From the IMG/VR virus record IMGVR_UViG_3300048837_000549, positions 1 through 64,000 of that record: a DNA stretch of 64,000 nucleotides. One strand, 5' to 3'. The number at the start of each line of letters is the position of its first letter. The stretch's first letter is position 1. Below are positions 9,680-20,207 of this stretch, piece by piece. The DNA is from a virus. The notes under the pieces are model-generated. The model made no database searches and was not told where the DNA came from. It saw only the letters and a program-made list of their open reading frames with translations. Position numbers and translations under genes: made by a program.

Positions 9680-10939
9680 ATGGCAAAACAAACAGAGCAG
9701 GAAATTAAACAGTCTATAATAAGTGATTTAACTATATGTAATGGTATTTATATAGAAAAATTTCCAGGAAGTAATTTGATAACTAGAGACTTTTATAGGG
9801 ACAATGGAAAATTTAAAGAGAAAGAAATAACAAAACACTTTGGATCTTTTGAGGCTCTAAAGAAAGAAGTGTTTAAAGAGGAAGTAGACACAATAGTTTT
9901 TAAAAAGAAGATTCATTCTCTAGAAACAGAAAATAGAAATTTATTAAAAGAAAATCAGGATCTAATTAAGAATAGTGTTATAGAGGATGTAATTCTTTCT
10001 AGATACGAAGAGAGATTAAATGCAGGTTTATTTATAGAGGGTAATCAATCAATTAAAATAGCTCCATATAAAATTTCAGTTAAAAATAAGGAAGCTATTC
10101 TAATGCTTTCAGATTTTCATTTGGGTGAGACAGTGGACTCGCTTGAAATACAAGGTATAAATAGTTATAATCACGAGATAATGGTAAAGAGACTAGATAG
10201 AATATTCTTCTACTTTGTACATTATTGTCTTAAATATGAAATAACAAAAGTTAATCTACTTCTGTTAGGAGATTTAATATCTGGTTCACATCATCCTGAG
10301 TTAATGAAAACTAATCAATGGTCAGATGTAGAATGTATATTCTATCTACAAGAATACTTAACAAATAAGATAGTCGAGATAGAAAAGAATTTTACAGAAA
10401 TAAAGATAGAAATTTTAGTAGGTAATCATAGTCGTATTCCAGAAGGAAAACCTGAATTTAAAAAAGCTGGAGTAATGAACTACGAATTTATCTTAGCAAA
10501 ACAAATGAAAATGTTTTTTGATCTTACTCAGAAAGATAATAAAGAGAAGAAAATAAAAGTAAATGTTAGTGAAAGTCTTTTCAATGTCATAGAAGTAGCA
10601 GGAAGAAGATTTCTTATAACTCATGGACATATACTAGCTGGGGGATCAAACAGCTTTGCTGGGATTCCCTACTACGGGCTCAGCATGCAATCTTCAAAAT
10701 TAGATGGTGCATTTAAACAGTTTGAACACTTACAATTCAATGATATATTGATGGGGCATTTACATTCTACTGCAAAAGTAAAAACCCCCATTGGAAACAT
10801 TTTCATAAATGGTTCGATCATCGGTACAGGTCAATTTGCTCTGTACAAAATGCGAGTTGTGGGGCAGGCAGAACAAACAATGTTAGTTATTGAAGATGGA
10901 AATGTAAATTCTGAAATTACGCTAAGGGGAGAAGACTAG
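9680..10939 (+). CDS. calcineurin-like metallophosphoesterase/nuclease
   Basis: SDFHLG, LGDLISG, GNHSR, THGH, MGHLHS motifs. Confidence 0.85.
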   Translation: MAKQTEQEIKQSIISDLTICNGIYIEKFPGSNLITRDFYRDNGKFKEKEITKHFGSFEALKKEVFKEEVDTIVFKKKIHSLETENRNLLKENQDLIKNSVIEDVILSRYEERLNAGLFIEGNQSIKIAPYKISVKNKEAILMLSDFHLGETVDSLEIQGINSYNHEIMVKRLDRIFFYFVHYCLKYEITKVNLLLLGDLISGSHHPELMKTNQWSDVECIFYLQEYLTNKIVEIEKNFTEIKIEILVGNHSRIPEGKPEFKKAGVMNYEFILAKQMKMFFDLTQKDNKEKKIKVNVSESLFNVIEVAGRRFLITHGHILAGGSNSFAGIPYYGLSMQSSKLDGAFKQFEHLQFNDILMGHLHSTAKVKTPIGNIFINGSIIGTGQFALYKMRVVGQAEQTMLVIEDGNVNSEITLRGED

Positions 10940-10955
10940 TTTTAAAGTTATTCTT

Positions 10956-10969
10956 TACTAATAATAAAA
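10956..10969 (+). promoter_or_regulatory. putative late promoter upstream of portal
   Basis: TACTAATAATAAAA. Confidence 0.65.
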
Positions 10970-10997
10970 TGATGTCTTAACTGAGTGGTAAAAATAA

Positions 10998-12983
10998 ATG
11001 ACAGATATAAGTAAAAATACATCCGTAGCAGATAGACTTAAAAAGTTTTTTGGATTCGGAATAAATGCAAATGCTACTGATGCAGTTGATAAGATAGAGA
11101 TATTCAAAACTGTAAAGGGTCTAGATAAATCTGGTAAACCAGCTGAGAGAATAGAGAAAGAAAAATTCTCAAATGATATTGAAGAACTTTGGAATTACTG
11201 GATTAATTCGTGTCATGACAACGCAGAAGATTCTTGGAAAACAATGTTGTCGGTCTACGATGACCAAGATTTACTTTTTTTTAACTGTAGCCCTATATCT
11301 AAATCATTAGAAATATTTGTTGGAGAGACACTTCAAGCTGATTCAAACAATCAAATGATTTTCATAGAAGCTAAACAAAAAATTAAAAAATATATCGAGG
11401 AATTTTTTGTAGACATAAATCTCAACGAACTTCTTAAACCTACTGTCACAGATATTATACAATACGGTAATGCAGGCTGGGTATTAGGTTTTGATAATAA
11501 AGGAGTTAGTAAAGTAAAAAGAATCCCCATTCGTTATTTGAAAGAGAGAATGGAATTCTCTCCTGTTGATTTACATGCAGCTATGGAGACACAAAATCAT
11601 AGAATACATGACTACAGAAGATCTATAAGTAGTGTAAATGATTTAATAGATATGATACAGAATGAGAGTGATGCATCATCTTACTTTGATGAATACTTAC
11701 TCGGTTTTGTTGTAGAAGATAAAGTATTACCTCCTTGGAAATTTTTACATTTTAGAAATATAACAAATAAAAGTCCTTTTGCTCCGTTTGGAATACCTAC
11801 TTTTATACATGCTATGGCTCCTTATAGACAATACGATGCAGCCATGGCTATGCAAATTATTGCGAGAGGTGCATCTTTTCCTAAGTCAATTTATAAATTA
11901 GATTTACCTAATGTTGTGAGTCCTACTGAAAAGTTTGCTAAGGCTACTGAATTTCTAAATGAAATGTTAAACTCAGGATTTGGAACATCTAAAAAAGAAT
12001 TACCAGGAGTTGGGGAAGTTATAATTACAATTAAAGACTTATTTGATTTTGAATTACAAGAAAGTAAAATAGAACTAGGGGCTACAGATGATTTAGAACT
12101 TCTTAAAGATGATATATACAATGCTTGTTTATTGCCTAGAAAACTTATAGATCCAAGTGATTCTGGATTTGGAGAAAGCGGAATATCATATGTTGAACAG
12201 TTTAAACCTTTTGCTAGAATGATATATAATTATCAATCAATACTTTTAAATAATATTACTCAATTAGTTAAAATACATTTATTACATACAGGAGATTTTG
12301 AATTAGAGGATATAGACTTCTCATTATCAATGCCATATCCAGAATCCCAGACAAATAATGATCTTATATCAGCTCAGAGTTCATTACTTGATTTAGCTAA
12401 TAATATTATAGGAGCTATTGAAGATAGGGTAACAGGGGGAGAGAAACTTCCACCTGAGTTAATTAAAACTATTTATAATAAATTTCTACCTTACGATTCA
12501 CAGGTTGTAGATTTTTGGGTAGATGAAGCTTTAAAAACTATGGATACAGGAGATTCGGACGAAGATTTCCCTGATGACTCTGATGATTCAAATGCTTTTG
12601 ACGATGATGGTAATCTTATAACTGATGAGCCGGAGATTGAGGAAGAAGGCCCTATGGCGTTAAAAGAAAGAAAACGTAAGTCTAAGAAAACATGGAGATT
12701 ACTTGAAAATAAAATAGGAAAAAGAAAACTAAAAGAAACAATTGATGATATTATATTTGAATGTTTTAGCGCCTCATCAATGAAAGAAGGATCAATACAA
12801 GGACGACACTTTTTTAAGAGTAAAAATAGATATAGTGATTTTAACCTAGATTCTTTTGTAGAAATTAGAAAGAAAGGTTTATCTAATAAACTTAAAGAAG
12901 CCGAAGAGACTATTAGAGATTCTGATAGATATGAAGAGTATAGAATGGAAATTTTTGATGAGAATGGTATAGAGGACAAATAA
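10998..12983 (+). CDS. portal protein (T4 gp20-like)
   Basis: IQYGNAGW, FLHFR...PFGIP, AMQIIARG, DDLELLKDDIYNACLLP, FARMI fit the portal architecture; acidic C-terminal tail. Confidence 0.8.
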   Translation: MTDISKNTSVADRLKKFFGFGINANATDAVDKIEIFKTVKGLDKSGKPAERIEKEKFSNDIEELWNYWINSCHDNAEDSWKTMLSVYDDQDLLFFNCSPISKSLEIFVGETLQADSNNQMIFIEAKQKIKKYIEEFFVDINLNELLKPTVTDIIQYGNAGWVLGFDNKGVSKVKRIPIRYLKERMEFSPVDLHAAMETQNHRIHDYRRSISSVNDLIDMIQNESDASSYFDEYLLGFVVEDKVLPPWKFLHFRNITNKSPFAPFGIPTFIHAMAPYRQYDAAMAMQIIARGASFPKSIYKLDLPNVVSPTEKFAKATEFLNEMLNSGFGTSKKELPGVGEVIITIKDLFDFELQESKIELGATDDLELLKDDIYNACLLPRKLIDPSDSGFGESGISYVEQFKPFARMIYNYQSILLNNITQLVKIHLLHTGDFELEDIDFSLSMPYPESQTNNDLISAQSSLLDLANNIIGAIEDRVTGGEKLPPELIKTIYNKFLPYDSQVVDFWVDEALKTMDTGDSDEDFPDDSDDSNAFDDDGNLITDEPEIEEEGPMALKERKRKSKKTWRLLENKIGKRKLKETIDDIIFECFSASSMKEGSIQGRHFFKSKNRYSDFNLDSFVEIRKKGLSNKLKEAEETIRDSDRYEEYRMEIFDENGIEDK

Positions 12984-13034
12984 ATAGTTTTAAATTTGAC
13001 AACTTTTATTTATATTATAAATAGGTGATAGAGA

Positions 13035-14139
13035 ATGCTACTACAAAGATATCAACCATATAAATTTACAGAAGCTATTAATACCATAAAAGACTTTGAC
13101 AATATGGTTGAAGGCCTTCTTAAAGAGTCTTATGATGGTATGGTTAAAAACATATCTAATTACATCTATGCTATTATGAATCAATATGAAAAAAAATAGA
13201 AAAGATGAAAAAGAGTCTGTTAGTATGTGGGCTAAACGATTTGACTATAAGGGCTATGCTATGGAGATAGCTCCCTCTTTTTATGAACAAGTGGGTAGAA
13301 TGTATCCAGTTGTTAAAATAGCAGATAGGGATATAAAATCTAAAACTTTAGCTTACGCTAAAAAATTTGCTAAAGAAGTTCAAGATTCTTATAAACAAAG
13401 ACTTCATGCTAAACTCTTTATTATACTTAAAGCAAAACCACTTAAGGATGTTAAACTAGTACGCTTAGATATAAGAGAATTTTATTCTGCAGTATTTCAT
13501 TTCTTTTTTGAAGATGGAAGTTCTTTTACTCTTCAAAGTCAGATAGTAACGAGCACTAGTATCTTAGGAAATGATTTTTATAGATTTCCCAACATATATC
13601 AGAACATTATTATGCAAGATGGAACAAAGATTAAGAAACAATCCGAAGAGTGGATGCTTGTTAATTTTGCAGGGAAAACAGCGAGTGACATTAAACAAGC
13701 TAAAAGAAGTCTTGACCCTGATGCCGATGCAAAGGATTTAAAGAAACTTAACTTTCAGAACAAAAGATATTACGGTATCATTACAACTACAGGACAGATA
13801 GAAGTAGGTAATAAATTTAAGATAGACTATCAGAGTCAGAATAGTGATCTTAAAAATATTAAAGATATTCATATAAACTTTAATATGCCTGAGATAGAAA
13901 CAAGACCTAATGGTTCTATGTGGGTAGATGATATCAGAGGTAAATCCGGTACAGCTACTATCGAATATAATGATGGTGTTAAAGTTCTTATAAATCTTTC
14001 AAGTGTAGCAAGACATGATGCTGTTAGATTTAAAAGGGTCGGGGGAGATTTAGTTTATGGTATAGAGACAAAAGCATTAAAGTATTCATCTAATAGTTAT
14101 TTCACTGGACTATCAGGAACAGTAGCAAAAATATTATAG
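13035..14139 (+). CDS. tagged hypothetical protein split by a frameshift at an A8 run (13035-13199 plus 13186-14139)
   Basis: AGGTGA RBS then MLLQRYQPYKFTEA; removing one A at 13189-13196 fuses it to the 317-aa ORF. Confidence 0.55.
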
Positions 14140-14149
14140 GGGTAAACAA

Positions 14150-14284
14150 ATGGAACAGTTAATAGAAGTAAACGGGCAGAATGTAACAAAAGAACAATTT
14201 GAAGAAATGCAAAAAGATTCAAATATTAGACTTAAAGAAATAGCTCCAAGAGTTTATAAGGTACTAACTAAATTAGAAGGATAA
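14150..14284 (+). CDS. small hypothetical protein (44 aa)
   Basis: GGGGT RBS; MEQLIEVNGQ...; read from the sequence, not in the ORF track. Confidence 0.55.
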   Translation: MEQLIEVNGQNVTKEQFEEMQKDSNIRLKEIAPRVYKVLTKLEG

Positions 14285-14392
14285 TTATGTCTTACATTAT
14301 TCTTACTGGATCTGTGATTATTGTAATCACTTTTCTTAGTTTAGTTGGTACACATACCATAATTAAAATATTTTTTAAATAAGGAGACATAA

Positions 14393-14755
14393 ATGAGTTC
14401 TTTTTCTGAAAAAGAAAAATCAAATTTTGATCAAATAGTAGCTTTAACCTCATTAACTCAAACTCAGGTAAGAGATGTATTATTTGCTATGCTTACTTGT
14501 GCCAGTCTTAATGCTCATTCTCAAGAGAACGAAATAACAATACCATATCTTTGTACTCTTAAATTTAATTATGAAGAAGTCACCAGTGATAAAGGTATAG
14601 AGTCTTCTATTAAGATAGAAGCAGAACCTTCAGTCACATTACTGAAAGAATATGTAGCTATTAAAAATGGAGAAGAACCTATTACTAAAAAATATTTTAA
14701 GAGACAAAATAAACTACATTTTAAAAATATGCTAAGTATCAATACGGATATGTAA
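14393..14755 (+). CDS. hypothetical protein, possibly HU/IHF-like
   Basis: AGGAG RBS; LTQTQVRDVL...EITIPYLCTLK weakly resembles HU. Confidence 0.4.
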   Translation: MSSFSEKEKSNFDQIVALTSLTQTQVRDVLFAMLTCASLNAHSQENEITIPYLCTLKFNYEEVTSDKGIESSIKIEAEPSVTLLKEYVAIKNGEEPITKKYFKRQNKLHFKNMLSINTDM

Positions 14756-15145
14756 ATGGATTGGATTATACTATTTCAAAATCAATATAACAGAATAGTC
14801 TTTGTATCTTCTCAAAACCCAGATGAGAGAGATTCTATGTCTTATGAAAAATTTTTATCATTTATAAATAATGAATTTGTTATAAAAAACTTTATAGAGT
14901 TCTGTGATAAGGTAGATAGATTTAAAGTTATATATCTTACTAAAGATGGAACATGGGAAATAATGGAAGAAGATTTTACAGAAGCATCCTTCCAGGATTT
15001 ATATCATATAAATGGTAATAAAGAAGAAGACGAAGAAAAATCAATTACAGAATCAAAAGTAGATAAGTCTAAAGATTTATTAAATAAAATATTTGATTTT
15101 AGAAAAAAGGAGACAAAACATGGTATTAAACTTACAAATAGCTGA
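14756..15145 (+). CDS. hypothetical protein
   Basis: ORF in an operon. Confidence 0.5.
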   Translation: MDWIILFQNQYNRIVFVSSQNPDERDSMSYEKFLSFINNEFVIKNFIEFCDKVDRFKVIYLTKDGTWEIMEEDFTEASFQDLYHINGNKEEDEEKSITESKVDKSKDLLNKIFDFRKKETKHGIKLTNS

Positions 15146-15362
15146 CGATGAGGAGCATGTCTTTGAATTTGATAATTTTGAATTAGTTCTACATTCGAGT
15201 GGTAACTATATTCTCTCTGAAGAAGGTGTGTTTACTTTAGAAGGTTTACAATCTTTTCTAGAATTTAATTCTGAGTATGTTGTAGTGAACGAAAACGATA
15301 AACTCTTTATTTCTGCAGAAGATTTTAAAAAAGTAAAAGAGATTTATTTGAAATTTGCATAA
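15120..15362 (+). CDS. hypothetical protein
   Basis: AGGAG before ATG at 15120. Confidence 0.5.
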   Translation: MVLNLQIADDEEHVFEFDNFELVLHSSGNYILSEEGVFTLEGLQSFLEFNSEYVVVNENDKLFISAEDFKKVKEIYLKFA

Positions 15363-15392
15363 TATTATTTATATTACAATTAAGGAGTTTTC

Positions 15393-15599
15393 ATGGAACT
15401 TGAAATGGAAGTTAAAACTATCAAAGTGTATTATACTTGTCCTAAATGTAAAATAGGTAATTTAGTATTAAGTAAAGTAAGCCCAGTCGCTAATCCTCCA
15501 GAGAATGAACATAGATGTAGTAATAAGGAATGTGATTATACTGAAGTCTTCGTAAGAACAATCTATCCATATATAAAGAAGGTGGAGATACCTTGTTAG
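15393..15599 (+). CDS. zinc-ribbon protein
   Basis: CPKC...CSNKEC. Confidence 0.6.
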   Translation: MELEMEVKTIKVYYTCPKCKIGNLVLSKVSPVANPPENEHRCSNKECDYTEVFVRTIYPYIKKVEIPC

Positions 15600-16675
15600 G
15601 TAATTTTACAAAAAATATTTCCGTTATAGATGCCCTAAATCAACTAAACATAAAGCATGAGAATAGGCCAAATTCAAAAGGGTGGTTAAATATTATATGC
15701 CCTTTTCACAGGGATTCTAGTTTTGGAAATGCCAGTGTTAATGTTAATAGTGGGGTTATCTCTTGTTTTAAATGCGGAGCAAGTAAGAACATTTCTACTC
15801 TATTAAGAGATCATAATAGCGTATATGAATTTGTACCTACAGTTCCTATTGTACAAAGAAGAAAAGAGATAGTTAAGTCTAAAAATATAACTAATAAATT
15901 AAATTATAATTTTATTCATAAAGAAATAGATCCAGATGAATTCTACTATCTTAAACAAAGAGGACTTACCAAAGAATTCTGTGATGAATTTAAAATTGTA
16001 AGAAGTTTTACTGACCCATACTGTGACTATTTTGCGTACCCGATTGTAGATTCTAATAAGAAGATTTTCAACGTGGAGTTTAGAAAGCTAAAACAAATGG
16101 AATATTTACAAACATATTACGCATCTTATGATATGTCTTATTCTCAACTTTCAGATAAGTTTAAAGAACAATGTGAAAAAGAAAACATAAGAATATCTGA
16201 CTACAAACTTTATAAAGGTAATGAAATAATACAAGATAAGGTTCTTTTTTACTTATTAGATAAAAAGGTGAAATATGAATCGGGTAGTCGAATAAAGGAA
16301 ACACTTTTCAATATAGATAATCTTGACTTTAATAAAGACTTATATCTTGTAGAGGGTATAGGAAGTGTGGGTCGAATTTGGGCTAATATTTCTAAAAATT
16401 GTACTTGTACTTTCGGAAGCAAAATTTCTAAAGAACAATTAGAGTATCTTAAAAAATTTAAAAGAGTAATTTTAATACCGGACCGGGATTTGGCTGGTTT
16501 TCAAATGGTTAATAGTTTATATCAAGAATTAAAAAATCTAATTGTTATAGATACTATTTTTGAAGATACAGATACAGATTATGTTTTTGATTTACAAAAT
16601 ACTAATAATTATATGGAAGCAAATGAATACATTGCTAAGTATCTTTTAAAATACAATGTGAAGACTCTTTTCTAG
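15593..16675 (+). CDS. DNA primase (CHC2 zinc finger + TOPRIM)
   Basis: CPFHRD...CFKC; YLKQRG; LVEG; PDRDLAG. Confidence 0.85.
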   Translation: MLGNFTKNISVIDALNQLNIKHENRPNSKGWLNIICPFHRDSSFGNASVNVNSGVISCFKCGASKNISTLLRDHNSVYEFVPTVPIVQRRKEIVKSKNITNKLNYNFIHKEIDPDEFYYLKQRGLTKEFCDEFKIVRSFTDPYCDYFAYPIVDSNKKIFNVEFRKLKQMEYLQTYYASYDMSYSQLSDKFKEQCEKENIRISDYKLYKGNEIIQDKVLFYLLDKKVKYESGSRIKETLFNIDNLDFNKDLYLVEGIGSVGRIWANISKNCTCTFGSKISKEQLEYLKKFKRVILIPDRDLAGFQMVNSLYQELKNLIVIDTIFEDTDTDYVFDLQNTNNYMEANEYIAKYLLKYNVKTLF

Positions 16676-16681
16676 GTAATT

Positions 16682-17335
16682 ATGATAAGATATAAAAGTT
16701 ATTTTGAAGAAGCAGTAATTGATCCGGATAAGTATTTACAGAATAATATAGATCCATTGCTACCTTCAGTTCAAAAGATTATACACAATTCTAGAAATAC
16801 ATGGGCTATCTGTAAAAAACTAAATTTAATATTTAGAAAGTATAATATATCTTTTAAAAACTTAAATCAAATGTCCCCAAACGGTATTCTGTATGGAGCA
16901 GCCGAAAATAATAAAAAGAAATCAATTATAATTTTCTTATCCAATAATCTTATAAATACAAGAAATTCTACCGCATTTAAATATTTTTTTATAGAATTAA
17001 AATCTAAGATAAGCCACGAACTTATTCATAGATATCAATTTATAAGGATGGATAATTTGAAATTAAATCAAATGCCTACATACAAAAATGAAAAAGAATA
17101 TTTAGCTGATAAACAAGAAATAATGGCGAATGCTTTTAATTCTATAGAATATTTTCGTTTTATGGGGATAGAGGATAATCAACTTAAAGGGTTCTTAAAA
17201 AATAAAAATCCTTTATTAAAAAGTTGTGTATGGTATAAAAAATATTTAGAATTATTTACTAATGAGGATAAGGAGTTGAAATTATATTATAAGTATCTAT
17301 ATATGTATCTAGATAATCAGGCACAATCAATATGA
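16682..17335 (+). CDS. tagged zincin-like metallopeptidase (paralog 2)
   Basis: MIRYKSYFEEA; SHELIHRYQ...YLADKQEIMANA. Confidence 0.65.
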   Translation: MIRYKSYFEEAVIDPDKYLQNNIDPLLPSVQKIIHNSRNTWAICKKLNLIFRKYNISFKNLNQMSPNGILYGAAENNKKKSIIIFLSNNLINTRNSTAFKYFFIELKSKISHELIHRYQFIRMDNLKLNQMPTYKNEKEYLADKQEIMANAFNSIEYFRFMGIEDNQLKGFLKNKNPLLKSCVWYKKYLELFTNEDKELKLYYKYLYMYLDNQAQSI

Positions 17336-17787
17336 AATATAAATTACAAGAAGTTGAAACCTCAGAATTTTCATTTAATCCTCTCCACGACTATGGTTTA
17401 GATAAACCTTGGCAATCAGCTGGTCAAGTTCTTATGTCTGACTTAGGTTTGGAAAAATTTGGTAATAATGTTTTTATTCAGAAAGTACTCGGAGTTGGTC
17501 TTCCAATTTATGTTATCACCTACAACAGCAGATACCCTAGAGTCGGATTAACAGCGACAAGAGTTAAGAAATTAAAGTTTACTTGGATTGGAAAATCTAA
17601 AAGAAAAGGTATCCATACTTATATCAAACCCATGAAGTTAACTCCACCCTTATGTTTACAATCAGCTATGGTTACTATGACTTCGGGGAGTTTAGTTGTA
17701 CAAAGAGATATAGCCGGCGAGTACTTAAGGAATCCAAAAGTATTTGGTTACACTGATTACATATTAGATAAAAAGATAAACCAATAG
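17332..17787 (+). CDS. hypothetical protein
   Basis: ORF; starts MKYKLQE. Confidence 0.5.
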   Translation: MKYKLQEVETSEFSFNPLHDYGLDKPWQSAGQVLMSDLGLEKFGNNVFIQKVLGVGLPIYVITYNSRYPRVGLTATRVKKLKFTWIGKSKRKGIHTYIKPMKLTPPLCLQSAMVTMTSGSLVVQRDIAGEYLRNPKVFGYTDYILDKKINQ

Positions 17788-17798
17788 GCAGTAAAATA

Positions 17799-18512
17799 AT
17801 GATTAAGAGATATCAACAATTCTTTGATGTAGATAGTATAAGATTTCTTGGACCTACACACAACATGTTCGAAATGGTTCAACGCCCAGAAAATTATTAT
17901 ACTATTATTAAAGAAAAAATTGAAGTTTTTCGTAATAGAAATATATTTGAATCTTTAGATGATCTTATAATTTCTTTAAACTCTTATTTTATTGATGAAA
18001 AAATTATATTTATTTCATCTAAGACAAAAATGAAGTTCGATAGTGGTTTAACTTCGGCAGGATACAATCCAAAAACAAATGAACTTTATTTATTTTATAA
18101 TTCGGATATTAGTAATGCTTTTAAAATGGAAAATAAGGAGCAGGACATCTATGATTATAAATGGTTTTTAGAGGATTTAGAAGGATTTATAGGACATGAA
18201 ATTATACATAGAATGCAATACTTTAAAGACAAAATTAAAGATGTAGGAGTAATGTCGAAAGAAAATAGAAAAAAGTATTTAGCAAAACCCAAAGAAATTA
18301 TGGCTTATGCTTGGCAAATAGTTCAAACTTTTAAATTAAACGGTAAAGATGATGATTTTATAAAGTTTGTTTTAGGATCGAAAAGAGATTTAGAGAATGT
18401 TAAAATAATAAATTTTATTCCTATGTTAGCTGAATACTATAACACTTTTGATAAGGATTCCAATACTATGAAGTTATTATATAAGTATATCTATCAATAT
18501 GTAGATAAGTAG
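17799..18512 (+). CDS. tagged zincin-like metallopeptidase (paralog 3)
   Basis: MIKRYQQFF; GHEIIHRMQ...YLAKPKEIMAYA. Confidence 0.65.
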   Translation: MIKRYQQFFDVDSIRFLGPTHNMFEMVQRPENYYTIIKEKIEVFRNRNIFESLDDLIISLNSYFIDEKIIFISSKTKMKFDSGLTSAGYNPKTNELYLFYNSDISNAFKMENKEQDIYDYKWFLEDLEGFIGHEIIHRMQYFKDKIKDVGVMSKENRKKYLAKPKEIMAYAWQIVQTFKLNGKDDDFIKFVLGSKRDLENVKIINFIPMLAEYYNTFDKDSNTMKLLYKYIYQYVDK

Positions 18513-18517
18513 GTCAA

Positions 18518-18658
18518 ATGAAATTATGTAAATGTGGTAAAGAACTCATATTTAAAGGCGGATATTGTATAGTGGGTATGAGTATAGTTAAATATGAATG
18601 CTATGAGTGTGGTAATAAAGTAGAAACAATGAAAATTAAAATCTATAAACAGGTATAA
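18518..18658 (+). CDS. small zinc-ribbon protein (46 aa)
   Basis: MKLCKCG...CYECG read from the sequence. Confidence 0.5.
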   Translation: MKLCKCGKELIFKGGYCIVGMSIVKYECYECGNKVETMKIKIYKQV

Positions 18659-18660
18659 AA

Positions 18661-19086
18661 ATGAAAAGATACAAAAGATTTGAGGAATCAACTAAAATTA
18701 TAAATTGTAAAATTGGTTCTAAAATTTACGAAATAGATTTAATTGAGAATATAAAAGAGTATAAAGATTTATTTGGAACTAATCTAACTCAGATCAATAA
18801 AGTTTTTGGTAAGCAACTAAAACAAAAAGGTGGACCAGATAAAGCCGAATATTCATTTTCAGGTATTATAGATATTACTATAGAGGGTTTACTATCTACA
18901 GCTTATCAATTAACTGGGGATAAAATATTTAAAGATTTAAATGAACTAATACAAACCATTTTTGGAAAAGTTGAAGGATCATTTGATTATTGGGTAGATG
19001 TAGAAGATTATCTAAATACTGACATTGATATTGATTTTACATTTCTATATAATCAAGAATTAAAAATAAAAATTGATATAAGGTAA
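18661..19086 (+). CDS. MKRY-tagged protein
   Basis: MKRYKRFEES. Confidence 0.6.
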   Translation: MKRYKRFEESTKIINCKIGSKIYEIDLIENIKEYKDLFGTNLTQINKVFGKQLKQKGGPDKAEYSFSGIIDITIEGLLSTAYQLTGDKIFKDLNELIQTIFGKVEGSFDYWVDVEDYLNTDIDIDFTFLYNQELKIKIDIR

Positions 19087-19090
19087 TATT

Positions 19091-19321
19091 GTGAAAAGAT
19101 ACAAAGAATTTTTTAGAGAAGATTGTACATTAGAAGAACAAGAAGAAGGTACTTGCGCGCTTCCTGAAGAATGTCCAACTCCTCAACAGAATGGTCCTAG
19201 TGGTTATTGTAAGAGAATTAATGATGGAGCTAAACTATTAGGTAAATGTCAAGATGGTTATATTTGGGATGACAAAACAAATAAATGTATTATAGCTCCT
19301 AAAAAATCAAATGCCAAGTAA
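19091..19321 (+). CDS. MKRY-tagged Cys-rich small protein
   Basis: GTG start, KRYKEFFRED; six Cys including CQDGYIWDDKTNKC. Confidence 0.55.
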   Translation: MKRYKEFFREDCTLEEQEEGTCALPEECPTPQQNGPSGYCKRINDGAKLLGKCQDGYIWDDKTNKCIIAPKKSNAK

Positions 19322-20207
19322 ATCAGAACAACAACGAAAATATATCTATTACCTTAGAAGTCAAGACGAGGACAAATCTAAGTGGTTCTGGGATAAAGAT
19401 TGGGAACAAATAGAGGAAACTAAAATGGAGAGATATACACCTTATTTCGAAGATATAATTATACCTCTCTCGAAGGGAGATACTTTCCTCTACGGGAAAT
19501 TTAAAAATAAACAGGCTATATATGCAAGTCATTACTTTAATGATAAGGGAGATCTGATTATAGTAACTGATCAGAAAAAAGAAATTCCGGCTTGTAAGAT
19601 AAGATTAGTACAAGAGCAATTAGAAGAGAATCTTCGTCTAAGTGACTTAAAAAAACACGCAGGTATAAGTAATTTTACCAAACCTTTTATGAAAGATAGA
19701 CAAAGAATAAAAGGTACTGGAGCAAGATCAGCTAAGATAAAATCGATTAAAGTTAATAGAAAGAAAGACTATATAACATTCACTTTTACAAGTGAACCTA
19801 CATATACAAAAACAGCTTTTGCAGTTAAATTTCCAGATGTTGAAGATAAGAAAAAAGTAAGATTATATACTCAAGAAATCCGTATTCTTGACTTCTTTAA
19901 GTGGGCGGAAACAAAACCGGGATATATTGAAAAAGAAATGACGCCGAAAGAAATTAAAGAAATATTAAATGTGGCAGATGTTAAACTAGCTTGTAACTGT
20001 TTTTCATTTCAGTTCCAGGGGTTTAATCATATACTTACAACTTTCGATGCTGCAATATATCCAGAATTAAGACCACCTAAGAAATGGAATAAATACCACA
20101 ATGATGATAGCTTCACCTGTAAGCATCTGGATCTACTCATTTCGTCTGGACTTAATATTTATATAAACAACATGACTATGATGGTTAACAAGTACATAAA
20201 GAAATGA
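19311..20207 (+). CDS. SWIM-type zinc-finger protein with an internal tag
   Basis: CNCFSF...CKHL; internal MERYTPYFED at 19425. Confidence 0.6.
   Translation: MPSKSEQQRKYIYYLRSQDEDKSKWFWDKDWEQIEETKMERYTPYFEDIIIPLSKGDTFLYGKFKNKQAIYASHYFNDKGDLIIVTDQKKEIPACKIRLVQEQLEENLRLSDLKKHAGISNFTKPFMKDRQRIKGTGARSAKIKSIKVNRKKDYITFTFTSEPTYTKTAFAVKFPDVEDKKKVRLYTQEIRILDFFKWAETKPGYIEKEMTPKEIKEILNVADVKLACNCFSFQFQGFNHILTTFDAAIYPELRPPKKWNKYHNDDSFTCKHLDLLISSGLNIYINNMTMMVNKYIKK

Noticed and set aside
494-12979. Minus-strand ORFs overlapping the helicase, the 3887 and 5218 genes and the portal (494, 770, 4531, 5445, 11891, 12491)
   Set aside because: Antisense to well-supported genes, with no RBS or motifs. The same applies to similar overlapping ORFs elsewhere in the window.
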